Origin: an uncultured Actinomycetes bacterium
GTDB lineage: Bacteria; Actinomycetota; Thermoleophilia; UBA2241
Length of the DNA: 64,000 nt
Assembly: GCA_963755025.1 (NCBI GenBank)
Contig: CAVWIH010000036.1
Location: forward strand, 1-64,000
Direction of reading: 5' to 3'
Part shown: one piece after another, positions 10,352 through 20,062 of the stretch
Layout: every line of letters begins with the position of its first letter
Position numbering within the stretch: position 1 is the stretch's first letter
Notes under the pieces: generated by a model
The model's database searches: none
What the model saw: only the letters and a program-made list of their open reading frames with translations
Told to the model about the DNA's origin: nothing
Position numbers and translations under genes: made by a program

Positions 10352-11138
10352 TTGTCCGCTTCGGACGTTCGGGAGATGCTGCCGGCCGAAAGGCGCGCGC
10401 GCATCGTCGCTGCCCTGCGGGCGCAGCCCTCGGTGCGGGTCAACACGCTGAGCGAAGACCTCGGCGTCTCCGAGATCACCATCCGCCGCGACCTCGTGCT
10501 CCTCGAGCAAGAAGGCGTCCTCGCCCGCACCCACGGCGGCGCCGTGCGCCGCCACCAGGCGTCTGACCTGGCCGAGCTACGAAGACAACGCCATCACGCA
10601 CGCCGCCGAGAAGGACCGCATCGCGCGCGCCGCCGCCGCCATGATCGAACCGCGCGACACCGTCTTTCTGGGCTCGGGCACGACCGTGGTGCACGTGCTG
10701 CGCCACGTCGACCCGCAGCTCGAAGCGCGGGTCGTCACGCCCAGCCTCGCGGCCGCCACCGAGGCGCGCGGCATGCGCCTCGAGCTCGTGCTGCTCGGCG
10801 GCCTCTACCGCCCCGCCCTCGACGCCGTCGAGGGCACCTGGTCGCTCGACATGATCCAGCATTTCAACGCCGACAAGGCGTTCCTGGGCGCCGACTTCCT
10901 CGACGCCCGGGCCGGCCTCACGACCTCGAGCATCGCCGCGGCGAGCATCGAGCTCGCCATGATCCGCCGCACGCGCGGCGAGGTCGTCGTGCTGGCCGAC
11001 TCCTCCAAGTTCGACCTCGTGGGCGCCGTCGTCATCTGCCCCCTCGACCAGATCGACGTCGTGCTGGTCGACGGCGGCATCGACGCCGAGGTCTGCGAGC
11101 GCATCCGCCGCGCCGGACCGCGCTGCGAGGTGGTCTAG
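10352..11138 (+). CDS. DeoR/GlpR family regulator (copy 2); frameshift near 10560-10577
   Basis: VSEITIRRDL...RTHGGA in one frame, then EKDRIARAAA..VFLGSGTT..LADSSK in another; close paralog of copy 1. Confidence 0.88.
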
Positions 11139-11177
11139 ACACATGCATCAGCCACAATGACGACTCGGGAGCACCAG

Positions 11178-11993
11178 ATGAGCGACGAAACGACACGCCC
11201 GGCCGGAGTGGTCGGCGGCGAGGTCGGCATGGGCACGCCCGACGCCGACCTGGCCAAGGTCTTCGAAGACGAGGCCCTCAGGATCGTGACCGCGGGCGCC
11301 GAGAAAGGCGTCCCGCTGCGCATCATCGGAGCGCTGGCCTTTCACCACCACTGCCCGCAGTTCGGCTGGATCCAGACCAAGCTCAACCGCGTCTACACCG
11401 ACATCGACTTCGCCGCCTACGGCAAGCAGGACAAGAAGATCCGCGAGCTGTTCGTGTCGATCGGCTACGACGAGGACCTCGAGATCAACGCCTTCCACGC
11501 CGAGGGCGGCCGGCTGATCTTCAACAACCCCACGAACCACATCCACGTCGACGTCTTCATGGACAAGCTCGACTTCTGCCACCCGATCCCCTGGAAGAAC
11601 CGGCTCGAAGTCGACGACGTCACCATCCCGCTCGCCGAGCTCGTGCTCGAGAAGATGCAGATCGTCAAGATCAACGAGAAGGACATCATCGACACGATCA
11701 TGCTGCTGCGCGAGCACGAGATCGCGCGCGACGACGACGACGACCACGTCAACGCCCATCGCATCGCCGAACTGTGCGCCGGCGAGTGGGGCCTGTGGCG
11801 CACGACCTCGATGAACCTCGAGAAGGTGCGCGACTATCTCCCCCACTTCGACCTGAGCGACGAAGACCGCAGCATCGTGGCCCAGCGCGTCGCGGAGTTG
11901 CTGAAGGCCATGGACGACTACCCCAAGGGCACCAAGTGGCGCCTGCGGGCGAGGGTCGGCGACAAGGTCAAATGGTACAACGTGATCGACTAG
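11178..11993 (+). CDS. Uncharacterised Pol-beta-fold nucleotidyltransferase-like protein (copy 1)
   Basis: LRIIGALAF (hG-x-x-A), YTDIDFAAY (DxD) and a third Asp in IHVDVF; GGGAG RBS. Confidence 0.7.
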   Translation: MSDETTRPAGVVGGEVGMGTPDADLAKVFEDEALRIVTAGAEKGVPLRIIGALAFHHHCPQFGWIQTKLNRVYTDIDFAAYGKQDKKIRELFVSIGYDEDLEINAFHAEGGRLIFNNPTNHIHVDVFMDKLDFCHPIPWKNRLEVDDVTIPLAELVLEKMQIVKINEKDIIDTIMLLREHEIARDDDDDHVNAHRIAELCAGEWGLWRTTSMNLEKVRDYLPHFDLSDEDRSIVAQRVAELLKAMDDYPKGTKWRLRARVGDKVKWYNVID

Positions 11994-12032
11994 GGCTCGC
12001 GCAGGCTACGACGCTACGGCAAGGAAGGCAGT

Positions 12033-13031
12033 ATGGCTCTTTTCAAGAAGAAGGATGCAGGATCAAAACAATCACGGTTGTTCTTCGCGACCGACATCCA
12101 CGGCTCCGAACGGACCTTTCGCAAGTTCCTGAACTGCGCCAAGTTCTACAAGGTCGACCACATCATCATGGGCGGCGACATCACCGGCAAGTTCCTCGTG
12201 CCGATCGTCCACGAGCACGACAGCCACTACCGCACGACGCTGCAGGGTGCGACCGAGACCATCGAAGGCGCCGACGCCCTGGCGGCGGTCAAGGAGCGCA
12301 TCGAGACGCTCGGCTTCTACCACGTCACGGTCGAAGAAGACGAGCTGCACGCCATGCAGGCAAACCAGGGTGAGATCGACGCCACCTTCCGCCGCCTGGC
12401 GCGCGAACGCCTCGAACGCTGGATCGCCCTGGCCGACGAGCGCCTCGCCGAGACCAACGTCAAGTGGTACGTCACCGGCGGCAACGACGACCAGCCCGAG
12501 GTGCTCACCGTGCTCGACGAGGTCAAGAGCGAGCACGTCGTGAACTGCGAGGGCCGCATCGTCATGGTCGACGACATCTACCCGACCGCGAACTGCGGCT
12601 ACTCCAACCCCACCCCGTGGGACACGCCGCGCGAAGTCGACGAGGACAAGCTCGAAGAGATCCTCGAAGAAGCCGTCAAGGGCATCGACGACTTCACGAG
12701 CGCCATCTTCAACTTTCACGTGCCGCCGTACGACTGCACGCTCGACGACTGCCCCAAGCTCGACTGGTCGACCGACCCGCCCTCGCCGGTGGTCGTCGGC
12801 GGCGTCGCGCAGTCGGCGCCCGCCGGCAGCCACGCCGTGCGCAAGGTCATCGAGAAGTACAAGCCGCTGCTGGCCCTCACCGGCCACATCCACGAGTCGC
12901 GCGGTCTCGTCAACGTGGGGCGCACGACCGTGATCAACCCGGGCAGCGAATACGGCGAAGGCATCATCCGCGGCTGCATCTTCACGCTGCAGCCCGGCAA
13001 GGTGATCGGCTATCAGATGACGTCGGGCTAG
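12033..13031 (+). CDS. Calcineurin-like metallophosphoesterase (Icc-related; copy 1)
   Basis: TDIHG, GGDITG, GNDD, FHVPPY and GHIHE motifs. Confidence 0.9.
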   Translation: MALFKKKDAGSKQSRLFFATDIHGSERTFRKFLNCAKFYKVDHIIMGGDITGKFLVPIVHEHDSHYRTTLQGATETIEGADALAAVKERIETLGFYHVTVEEDELHAMQANQGEIDATFRRLARERLERWIALADERLAETNVKWYVTGGNDDQPEVLTVLDEVKSEHVVNCEGRIVMVDDIYPTANCGYSNPTPWDTPREVDEDKLEEILEEAVKGIDDFTSAIFNFHVPPYDCTLDDCPKLDWSTDPPSPVVVGGVAQSAPAGSHAVRKVIEKYKPLLALTGHIHESRGLVNVGRTTVINPGSEYGEGIIRGCIFTLQPGKVIGYQMTSG

Positions 13032-13093
13032 ACGCCCGGCTCTTGACGCAGCGGTCCAGTCATCCGGTCTTTCAACTGAGTATGGGGGTTGAG

Positions 13094-14737
13094 ATGGAAG
13101 CAACGGTCGCAAAGCCTGAAGTCTTCAGTCGCAAGGCTTCAGGGCTTTCCAGGGTCATGTCGCCCTGGTCGGCGTTCATATACAACTTCCTCACCATGGG
13201 CGTCATCTTCCCGTGGACCTTCGTCTGGGCTCCCGAGGCCTTCCCCGGCGTCTCGGTCTGGATGGCCTGTCTCTTCGCCACCCTGCTCGAGCTGCCCATC
13301 GCCCTCGCCTACGTGTGGATGGCCACCGCCATGCCGCGCTCGGGCGGCGACTACGTCTTCCAGAGCCGCGTGCTCGGCGGGGCCATCGGCTTCCCGATCG
13401 TGATGAGCGGGTTCGTGATCTGGATCTTGCAGTGGCTGGCCCTGGCCGGCTGGCTGTTCGCCACCCTCGGCCTCGCGCCGCTGTTTCTGGGCCTCGGCGT
13501 GCACTACAACAGCAGCGGCCTGATCAGCGCCGGCGTCTGGGCCGAAGGCCACAGCGGCGTCGTCGTCATCAGCATCATCGGCGCGGCGGTCATGGCGATC
13601 CTGCTCGTGACCGGCTTCAAGAACTACGTGCGGCTGCAGTATCTGATGTTCGCCGGGACCGGCGTCATCGTGGTCATCATGCTGGCCCAGTTCCTGCGGA
13701 CCGACCCGGCGCACTTCGCCGTCGCGATCAACCACTTCAACGGCATCGTCGACAAGAACCCGGCCTACTACACCTGGCTCCAGCACGACGTGGCCTCCAC
13801 CGGTTTCAACATCTCGCCGAAGTTCGCACTGGGGGCCACGCTGCTCGCCGCACCGATCGCCTGGACCAGCACCCAATGGGCGACCTATAGCGTGGAGCAG
13901 GGCGGCGAGATCAAGGGCGCCCGCGTGTTCAAGAACCAGATGTTCATCATCGTCGGTTCGCTGATCGCGGTCGGCATCGTCCTGGCGCTCATCGCCTGGA
14001 CCGAGCAGCGCGCGGTGGGCACCGGCTTCTTCAACGCGGCGTCGGCCTCGTACTACGGCGCCATCAGCAAGTCGGGCACCGGCATCGGCAGCGTGCTGCC
14101 GTTCCCGGGCGTGCTGGCCATCGTCATCTCGCCCAACCCGATCATCACCGTGCTCGTGGCCTTCGGCTTCATGCTGGCCTCGCTGCAGATCACCTGCAAC
14201 TGCTACATCGGCTGCACGCGCATCATGGTCGGCATGTCGCTCGACCGCACACTGCCGGCCTGGTTCTCCAAGGTCAGCTCGCGCTTCCGCACGCCGGTCA
14301 ACGCCCACCTCATCTACTTCCTCCTGGGCGCTGGGGCGATCATCGGCTACAGTTACGTGACGAAGTGGGCGACCATCACGCTCGGCGTCACCTTCGCCTG
14401 CGGTTACGTCTTCGTGCTCAGCTGTCTGGCTGCCGCCCTGCTCCCGTACCGCGCCAAGGCGCTGTACGAAGCTTCGCCGGGAGCGAAATACAAGCTGGCA
14501 GGCATACCGCTGGTGACCATCTTCGGCTCCATCGGCTTCGTCTTCGGCGCGGCCGCCGTGGTCGCCTTCCTGACGAAGAAGGGCTACGGCCTGGTCGGCA
14601 CCTCGCCGGGCCTGACGTACGCCATCGTCGGCGGCATCTTCGTGATCTGCCTGGCGTACTACTGGATCAGCCGCTACTACCAGAAGGGCAAGGGCATCGA
14701 CGTCTCGTATGCCTTCCTCGAGGTGCCGCCCGAGTGA
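13094..14737 (+). CDS. APC family amino acid/amine permease (module copy 1)
   Basis: FSRKASGLSR, AMPRSGGDYVFQSRVLG, multiple TM helices, C-terminal AFLEVPPE. Confidence 0.9.
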   Translation: MEATVAKPEVFSRKASGLSRVMSPWSAFIYNFLTMGVIFPWTFVWAPEAFPGVSVWMACLFATLLELPIALAYVWMATAMPRSGGDYVFQSRVLGGAIGFPIVMSGFVIWILQWLALAGWLFATLGLAPLFLGLGVHYNSSGLISAGVWAEGHSGVVVISIIGAAVMAILLVTGFKNYVRLQYLMFAGTGVIVVIMLAQFLRTDPAHFAVAINHFNGIVDKNPAYYTWLQHDVASTGFNISPKFALGATLLAAPIAWTSTQWATYSVEQGGEIKGARVFKNQMFIIVGSLIAVGIVLALIAWTEQRAVGTGFFNAASASYYGAISKSGTGIGSVLPFPGVLAIVISPNPIITVLVAFGFMLASLQITCNCYIGCTRIMVGMSLDRTLPAWFSKVSSRFRTPVNAHLIYFLLGAGAIIGYSYVTKWATITLGVTFACGYVFVLSCLAAALLPYRAKALYEASPGAKYKLAGIPLVTIFGSIGFVFGAAAVVAFLTKKGYGLVGTSPGLTYAIVGGIFVICLAYYWISRYYQKGKGIDVSYAFLEVPPE

Positions 14738-14828
14738 CCCGGTCCTTCCCGGCACGATAGCGCACGCACAACCGCGAGCGCCGAGCCCCCGGGCTCGGCG
14801 CTCGCTCTTCGAAGAGGGGACCAGAAGC

Positions 14829-15752
14829 ATGAGTGACATCACACCCGAACAGGTGATCGCGCAGATCGACGAGTGGCGCGGCAAGGCCCTGCAGTGCGAG
14901 GTGCTGGGCGGCGGCATCACCAACAACAACTACCTGATAACGGTCGAGGGCACGCCCGGAGAGGCCGGCGTGGGGCGCTTCGTGCTGCGCATCCCCGGCG
15001 ACGGCACCGACACCTTCATCGACCGCGCTCGCGAGCACGCCAACCACGTGGCGGCCGCGGCGGCGGGCGTGACGCCCCCGGTGCTGCACCTGATCCAGCC
15101 CGGCTACTGCTCCGTCGTGCCGTTCATCCAGGGCGAGACCATGCACCCCGAGACCATCGCCGGCCACCGCGACCGCCTCGAGAAGATCGTGCTCGCCATG
15201 CGCACCTACCACGACAAGGCCGTCTTCGACAACGAGATCCGCGTCTTCGACATGATCCGCGACTACCTGCGCATGGCGCTCGAGCTCGACGCGCCGCGCC
15301 CCGACCAGACCGACTGGATGCTGCAGGTAGGCGACCGCATCGAGCAGGCCATGGAGCGTGACAAGCCGGCCCCGGTGGCCTGCCACAACGACCTGCTGTC
15401 GGAGAACTTCATCCTCACGCCCGAGGGCAAGATGTGGGTCATCGACTGGGAGTACGGCGGCATGACCGACCCCTACTTCGACCTCGGCGACTTCTGCGTC
15501 GAGCACCCGCTCTCGGCCGACGAGGAGCGCTTCGTGCTCGCCACCTACTGCGGCGCTACGAACGAGCACCGCTACGCGCGCATGATGCTGCATAAACTGG
15601 TCGCCGACCTGTGGTGGAGCATCTGGGCGATGATCCAGTGCCGCGTGTCCAAGATCGACTTCGACTTCTACGAGTACGGCATGGGGCGCATCAGGCGCTT
15701 TTGCGACAACGCCGCCCACGCCGACTACGAGGAGTGGCTGGCGCTCGTCTGA
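14829..15752 (+). CDS. Choline/ethanolamine kinase family phosphotransferase (copy 2)
   Basis: LGGGITNNNY, FVLRIPG, CHNDLLSENF, IDWEYGGMTDPYFDLG. Confidence 0.9.
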   Translation: MSDITPEQVIAQIDEWRGKALQCEVLGGGITNNNYLITVEGTPGEAGVGRFVLRIPGDGTDTFIDRAREHANHVAAAAAGVTPPVLHLIQPGYCSVVPFIQGETMHPETIAGHRDRLEKIVLAMRTYHDKAVFDNEIRVFDMIRDYLRMALELDAPRPDQTDWMLQVGDRIEQAMERDKPAPVACHNDLLSENFILTPEGKMWVIDWEYGGMTDPYFDLGDFCVEHPLSADEERFVLATYCGATNEHRYARMMLHKLVADLWWSIWAMIQCRVSKIDFDFYEYGMGRIRRFCDNAAHADYEEWLALV

Positions 15753-15812
15753 CGCGCTTCAGCGCGCGCCTGGCGGCCTTAGAGGCGACGCCCGGCGTGA
15801 GCGGCGTGCAAC

Positions 15813-15856
15813 AGCGAGGGGCCCGGCCGCCATCTGGCGGCCGGGCCCCTCGCTTT
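15813..15856. terminator. Long hairpin between convergent operons (probable bidirectional terminator)
   Basis: About 19-bp stem agcgaggggcccggccgcc / ggcggccgggcccctcgct. Confidence 0.7.
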
Positions 15857-15937
15857 CGTGCTTCGTGATCGCAGCGGGGTCCGGGTCGAAGCCGGCAGGG
15901 ATCGGCCCGAGGCGACGCGTGTGAGCGTGTGCCGGTC

Positions 15938-17338
15938 TTAGGCGTGCAGCCCGGTCCGCTTTTTGAACTGCTCGACCGAGTTGATCTTGATGTCGAGGAG
16001 CTCCGCGATCTTGACCTTGGCCGCGATGCCCTTGGCGACACCCGGCACGCCGGTGATGGTGCCGATGTCGAGCTCTTCGCGCAGGTTACGCATGATGAGC
16101 GGGTCGGAGAGGTCGAGCGGCGTGACGTGGAGCTTGTCGGCCACGTACCTCTTGGCTTCTGTGTTCCTCATCTTCTGCAGTTGCATACGGGCTACTAGAT
16201 CTCCAGCAGCCCTGATGCCACCGATCGACGAGGCCAACAGATGCGCCATGTGCATGCCGGCTGGGTCGCCTGTACCCACCTATAACCCGTCGCAGCCGCC
16301 GATCTCGACCATGGCCGCGCTACAGCGCGTCACGGCGTCGACCGCCGGTGTCTCGAACATCGGCACGCCGCCGACGCCCATGCCCACGTTGGCGTGGATC
16401 GGGATCTTGGCGATCGCGCTGCAGGCCTTGACGAAGGTGACGGCGCGCGAGAGGTTCCACGGCGTCGACTTCTTGGTGTTGGTGTTGACGACGGGGCCGA
16501 AGATGGCCGTGCCGGCCTTCTCGCAGAGCTCGAGCTGCTGATGCGGCCAGAGCCCGGCAAGGCGCGTGCCCTCGTATTCGAGCTGGCCGTGGAAGCCCAG
16601 GACCATCTCGGACGACATGCCGATCTCGACCGGCAGGCCGGTGACGTTGGCGACGTGCTCGGTCGTTTTGAGCACGGCCAGGAACTCGGCGTCGCCGGTG
16701 GAGGCGACGGTGTCGTAGTCGATGCCGTCGGCGCCCATCTCGAGCATGCAGTCGCTCATGAGGATGCAGTCGTCCTGGCAGGCCTGAAGGGCTGCTTCTT
16801 GAGTGCGACGCGCCTCTTCGATCTTGCCCAGGGGCAGAAGATCGGACGGGTTCTCGAACGAGCCGTCGGGCCGGTAGTACAGCCCGAGGTTCGGCATGAA
16901 GCCGTACAGGAGCGGGAAGATCGTGGTCTCCTGCAGGAGCTCCATGTGGAGCTGCTCGAGCGCCTTCAGAAAGCGCTGCGGCTTGACGGAGTAGTCGTTG
17001 TGCGAGACCTCCATCGAGTCGAAGCCCAGCATGGACTCGAAGAGCCGCACGCCGACTTCGCGGTTGACCGGCGCCACGACGCCGCTCGACATGCGCGACG
17101 AGTTCAGGGCGTTGACGCACCCGTCCTTCGTCATGACGACCTCGTGACCACGCTCGACGCCCCAGATACGGCTGGGACAGACGAACATGTCGAAGAGGTA
17201 GTCGAGTTCGTTCTCGGTGAGCGGAGGGATCTTGGCCTTGACGGCGGCCGCTTCAGTCCCCTCCTCGAGCTCGTGGCGCAGCTCGTCACGGGTCATCTCG
17301 ACCGTGGAGCTGTCGCCCATTCTCGTCAGGATCTTCAC
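15938..17338 (-). CDS. mtbB: Dimethylamine:corrinoid methyltransferase MtbB, 466 aa, with in-frame amber codon (TAG, 16280-16282, codon 353) read as pyrrolysine
   Basis: Two abutting in-frame ORFs (352 aa + TAG + 113 aa) join as ...[33 protein letters not shown]-(TAG)-VGTGDPAGM..[20 protein letters not shown]...[29 protein letters not shown]. This matches the Methanosarcina MtbB pattern DG(I/L)-O-(I/V)GxGDP as I recall it. Confidence 0.92.
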
Positions 17339-17381
17339 GCTTCTACCTTCCTGCTGTTCGGGGTCAAGACCATGCGGGGGT

Positions 17382-18197
17382 TCACCAGTCGGAGAAGCCC
17401 TCGTTGTACCAGATCTTGGACGCGCCCTTTTTGGCGCGCTTGTTCCAGGCCTTCGTCTTGGGTTCGGCCTCGAAGCGTGCCAGCAGCTTGTCGACCTGGG
17501 CCTTGACGCGATCGCGCATCTCGGGGGTCAGGGCGGGCACGGTGTCGCAGTGCTTCTTGACCCGCTCGAGGTTGAGCTGGGTCGCGGTGTACCAGAAGCC
17601 CCAGTCGTCGCCGAAGCGCTTGGCGAGGTAGTTCTGGTTGATCATGTGCGTGTCCGAGTCGCCGATCTCGCAGGTGATCAACAGGTACTCGATGTCCTTC
17701 AAGTCCTTGTCGTTGATCTCGACGATCTGCAGCTTCTGCAACATGATGTCGGTGAGCGTGACGCTGTAGGGGTCGAGCTCGAGGCGGTCCTTGTAGAGGA
17801 CCTCGTGGCAGTAGTCGAGCTTGTCGAAGAACACGTCGATCATGGGGACGGGACCGGCGTAGTAGATGTGCCTGGTCTTGCCCGACATCGCCATGGTCTG
17901 CAGGTCGCACTCGTAGCCCATCTCTTTCATGAAGCCACGCATCTTGCCGCTCGTCTTGCCGTACGCGGCGTAGTCGATGTCGGTGAAATAGCGCTCACCG
18001 AGGCGTTCGAGCTTGGCGTACAGATCGATCTGGTCCGGGAAGTAGTAGTGCAGCGCGAGCGGACCCATGACGCGCATGATGATGCCGCGCTTCTGGGCCT
18101 CTTCGGTCAGGCGCTTGCCCTCGCTCAGAAAGACCTCGGGCTTGGGGTACTGCGCGATGGGGATGTCTTTTGGCAGGATGAAGACGGGCTGTGCCAT
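17382..18197 (-). CDS. Uncharacterised Pol-beta-fold nucleotidyltransferase-like protein (copy 2)
   Basis: MRVMGPLAL, FTDIDYAAY, IDVFFDKLDYCH, LQKLQIVEINDKD; paralog of 11178-11993. Confidence 0.7.
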   Translation of the reverse strand: MAQPVFILPKDIPIAQYPKPEVFLSEGKRLTEEAQKRGIIMRVMGPLALHYYFPDQIDLYAKLERLGERYFTDIDYAAYGKTSGKMRGFMKEMGYECDLQTMAMSGKTRHIYYAGPVPMIDVFFDKLDYCHEVLYKDRLELDPYSVTLTDIMLQKLQIVEINDKDLKDIEYLLITCEIGDSDTHMINQNYLAKRFGDDWGFWYTATQLNLERVKKHCDTVPALTPEMRDRVKAQVDKLLARFEAEPKTKAWNKRAKKGASKIWYNEGFSDW

Positions 18198-18317
18198 GTA
18201 TCGACCTCCTTCTCCAGTTCACCACCCGGTGTGGCACGAGGGCGGCGGTCCGGCCACAAGGGCCGGACCGCCGCCACGGTCACGCCGAGCGAGAGTGGTT
18301 TTCGACCGTACTTGAGA

Positions 18318-19965
18318 TTACTCGACCGGGATCTCCTTGGCGACCGCTTCGAGCGCCATGCCCTGACGCTTGCGCACCACGAGGCGACGACCCAGACGAC
18401 GATGGCGGCTGCGTAGAGGACGCCCATGAAGATCATCGAGTTGCGGTTCTTGTAGCCGATGCCGTACGACGTTGCACTTGTCGTAGATCCAATGTACAGT
18501 ATGAAGATCAGGAAACGCAGTAGAAGAAGGCGACGACGCTCATCCACGGGATACCGAGGATCTTGGCCTTGGGAAGCGCGGAGCTGTCCCAGGTCGACTT
18601 GAGGCGCCACGGCATGATCATGAACGCCAGGCCGGAGACCAGGAACATGATGGCGATCACGACGGTGGCGTCGTAGGTAAGCTGCACGAACGTGGGCTGG
18701 TAGGCGTAGAGGGCCGACACGACGATCGACGGGATCGCCATGAGCAGCAGGGCCACGTAGGGCACGCCGCTCGAGCTCACGCGGGCCACGCCTTCGGGCA
18801 GGATGCGGTCGAAAGCCGAGGCGAAGATCATACGCGTCGACGACAGGAACACGGTGCCCCACCAGCCGAAGACGAGCAGCGAGATGGCGGCGATGAGGAT
18901 GATCTGGAAGGCCGCGTTGTTGACGATCCAGGCGGTCATGGCCACCGGCGAGAGGTAATCGCCGCCGATGCGGTGTGTTCTTGATGTACCGTAGAGCACG
19001 CCCATGTAGCCGTTGGCGCTGGCATCGAAGAACTTGAAGCCCATGGTCTTGATCACGAGGAACAGGAAGACCATGACGATACGGCCGCGACAGCAGGCCG
19101 CCGCCCATCTGGTAGATGTTCTTGCGGAAGTCCTTGGCGCCGCGGACTTCGCCGTAGAGCGTCGCGCCCCAGTTCGGCCAGAGGAGCCAGAAGAGCATGA
19201 ACGGGATGAGCCTGATGGTCTGCCACAGCGAGCCGCCGAACATCGACGAGGGCATACCCTTGCCGAACTGTGGCGATGGTGGCGTGGTAGGCGACTCTGG
19301 TGGCGCTGGCCGTACAGGTGGAGGCTCTCACGGTTGAAGGCGCTGATGAAGCTGCGGCTTCGAGGTGAAGAGCAGGATGACGCCAGCCACAGCATAGCCG
19401 GCGAGGCCGATCCAGAGGGCCCACTTCTGGAAGGTGGCGTAGGCCTTCATGCCGACAGCGACCAGGAAGGTCGCGAGAGCGATCGTCGCCAACGAGGCGA
19501 CGAAGACGCCGATAGGCTTGCCGAGCCAGTCTGCGGCGCCGTTGGCGCCGAGGATATGCAGGATCGGCTTGATGAACGAGTTCACGCACAAGGCCGCGTA
19601 GATCGGGATCCACAACCAGAGGATGAACCACCAGCCGGTGGCGCCGAGCACGAAGCCCGACCGAGCTGTGGAACACGCGCGATTGCCACACGTAGTCGCC
19701 GCCGGCGCGCGGCATGGCCGAGATCAGGCCGGCGTAGACCACCACTTCGAGGAGCACCAGAAGCGTGGTGATGATGACTGCCCAGAACACGCTGCCGCCG
19801 GGGATGAAGACGGCGTAGAGAAAGCCCCAGATGCCCAGAGAAGATGTTCGTCGAGAAGAACGAGTAGCGGAACCCGTCGGTGGTCGACCAGCCTTTTACC
19901 AGACCGCTCGCCTTGCGCACGAACAGTGTCTGTTCGCCCGCGGACCCCGTGGTGTTTGATGCCAT
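18318..19965 (-). CDS. APC family permease (module copy 2); several frameshifts
   Basis: Pieces in successive frames: LFVRKASGLVK, AMPRAGGDYVWQSR, NWGATLYGEVRGA, STRMIFASAFDRILP, and C-terminal KEIPVE-TAA. Confidence 0.82.
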
Positions 19966-20062
19966 GCGCTCAACCTCCTATCGCCAAGACCGGTGATGGA
20001 CGGGAACTCGATTGGTGGAACTGGCGCCGTCCGCGCCGCAAGCGTGTGCTACGTCGTGCGCC

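Noticed and set aside
12464-14737. 757-aa permease with a long N-terminal domain
   Set aside because: The first ~210 aa are an off-frame overlap with the phosphoesterase; the real start is ATG 13094.
15938-16279. Separate 113-aa gene, or mtbB as a nonsense pseudogene
   Set aside because: It starts immediately after the TAG in the same frame with no SD, encodes the MtbB C-terminus, and the TAG lies in the expected Pyl context.
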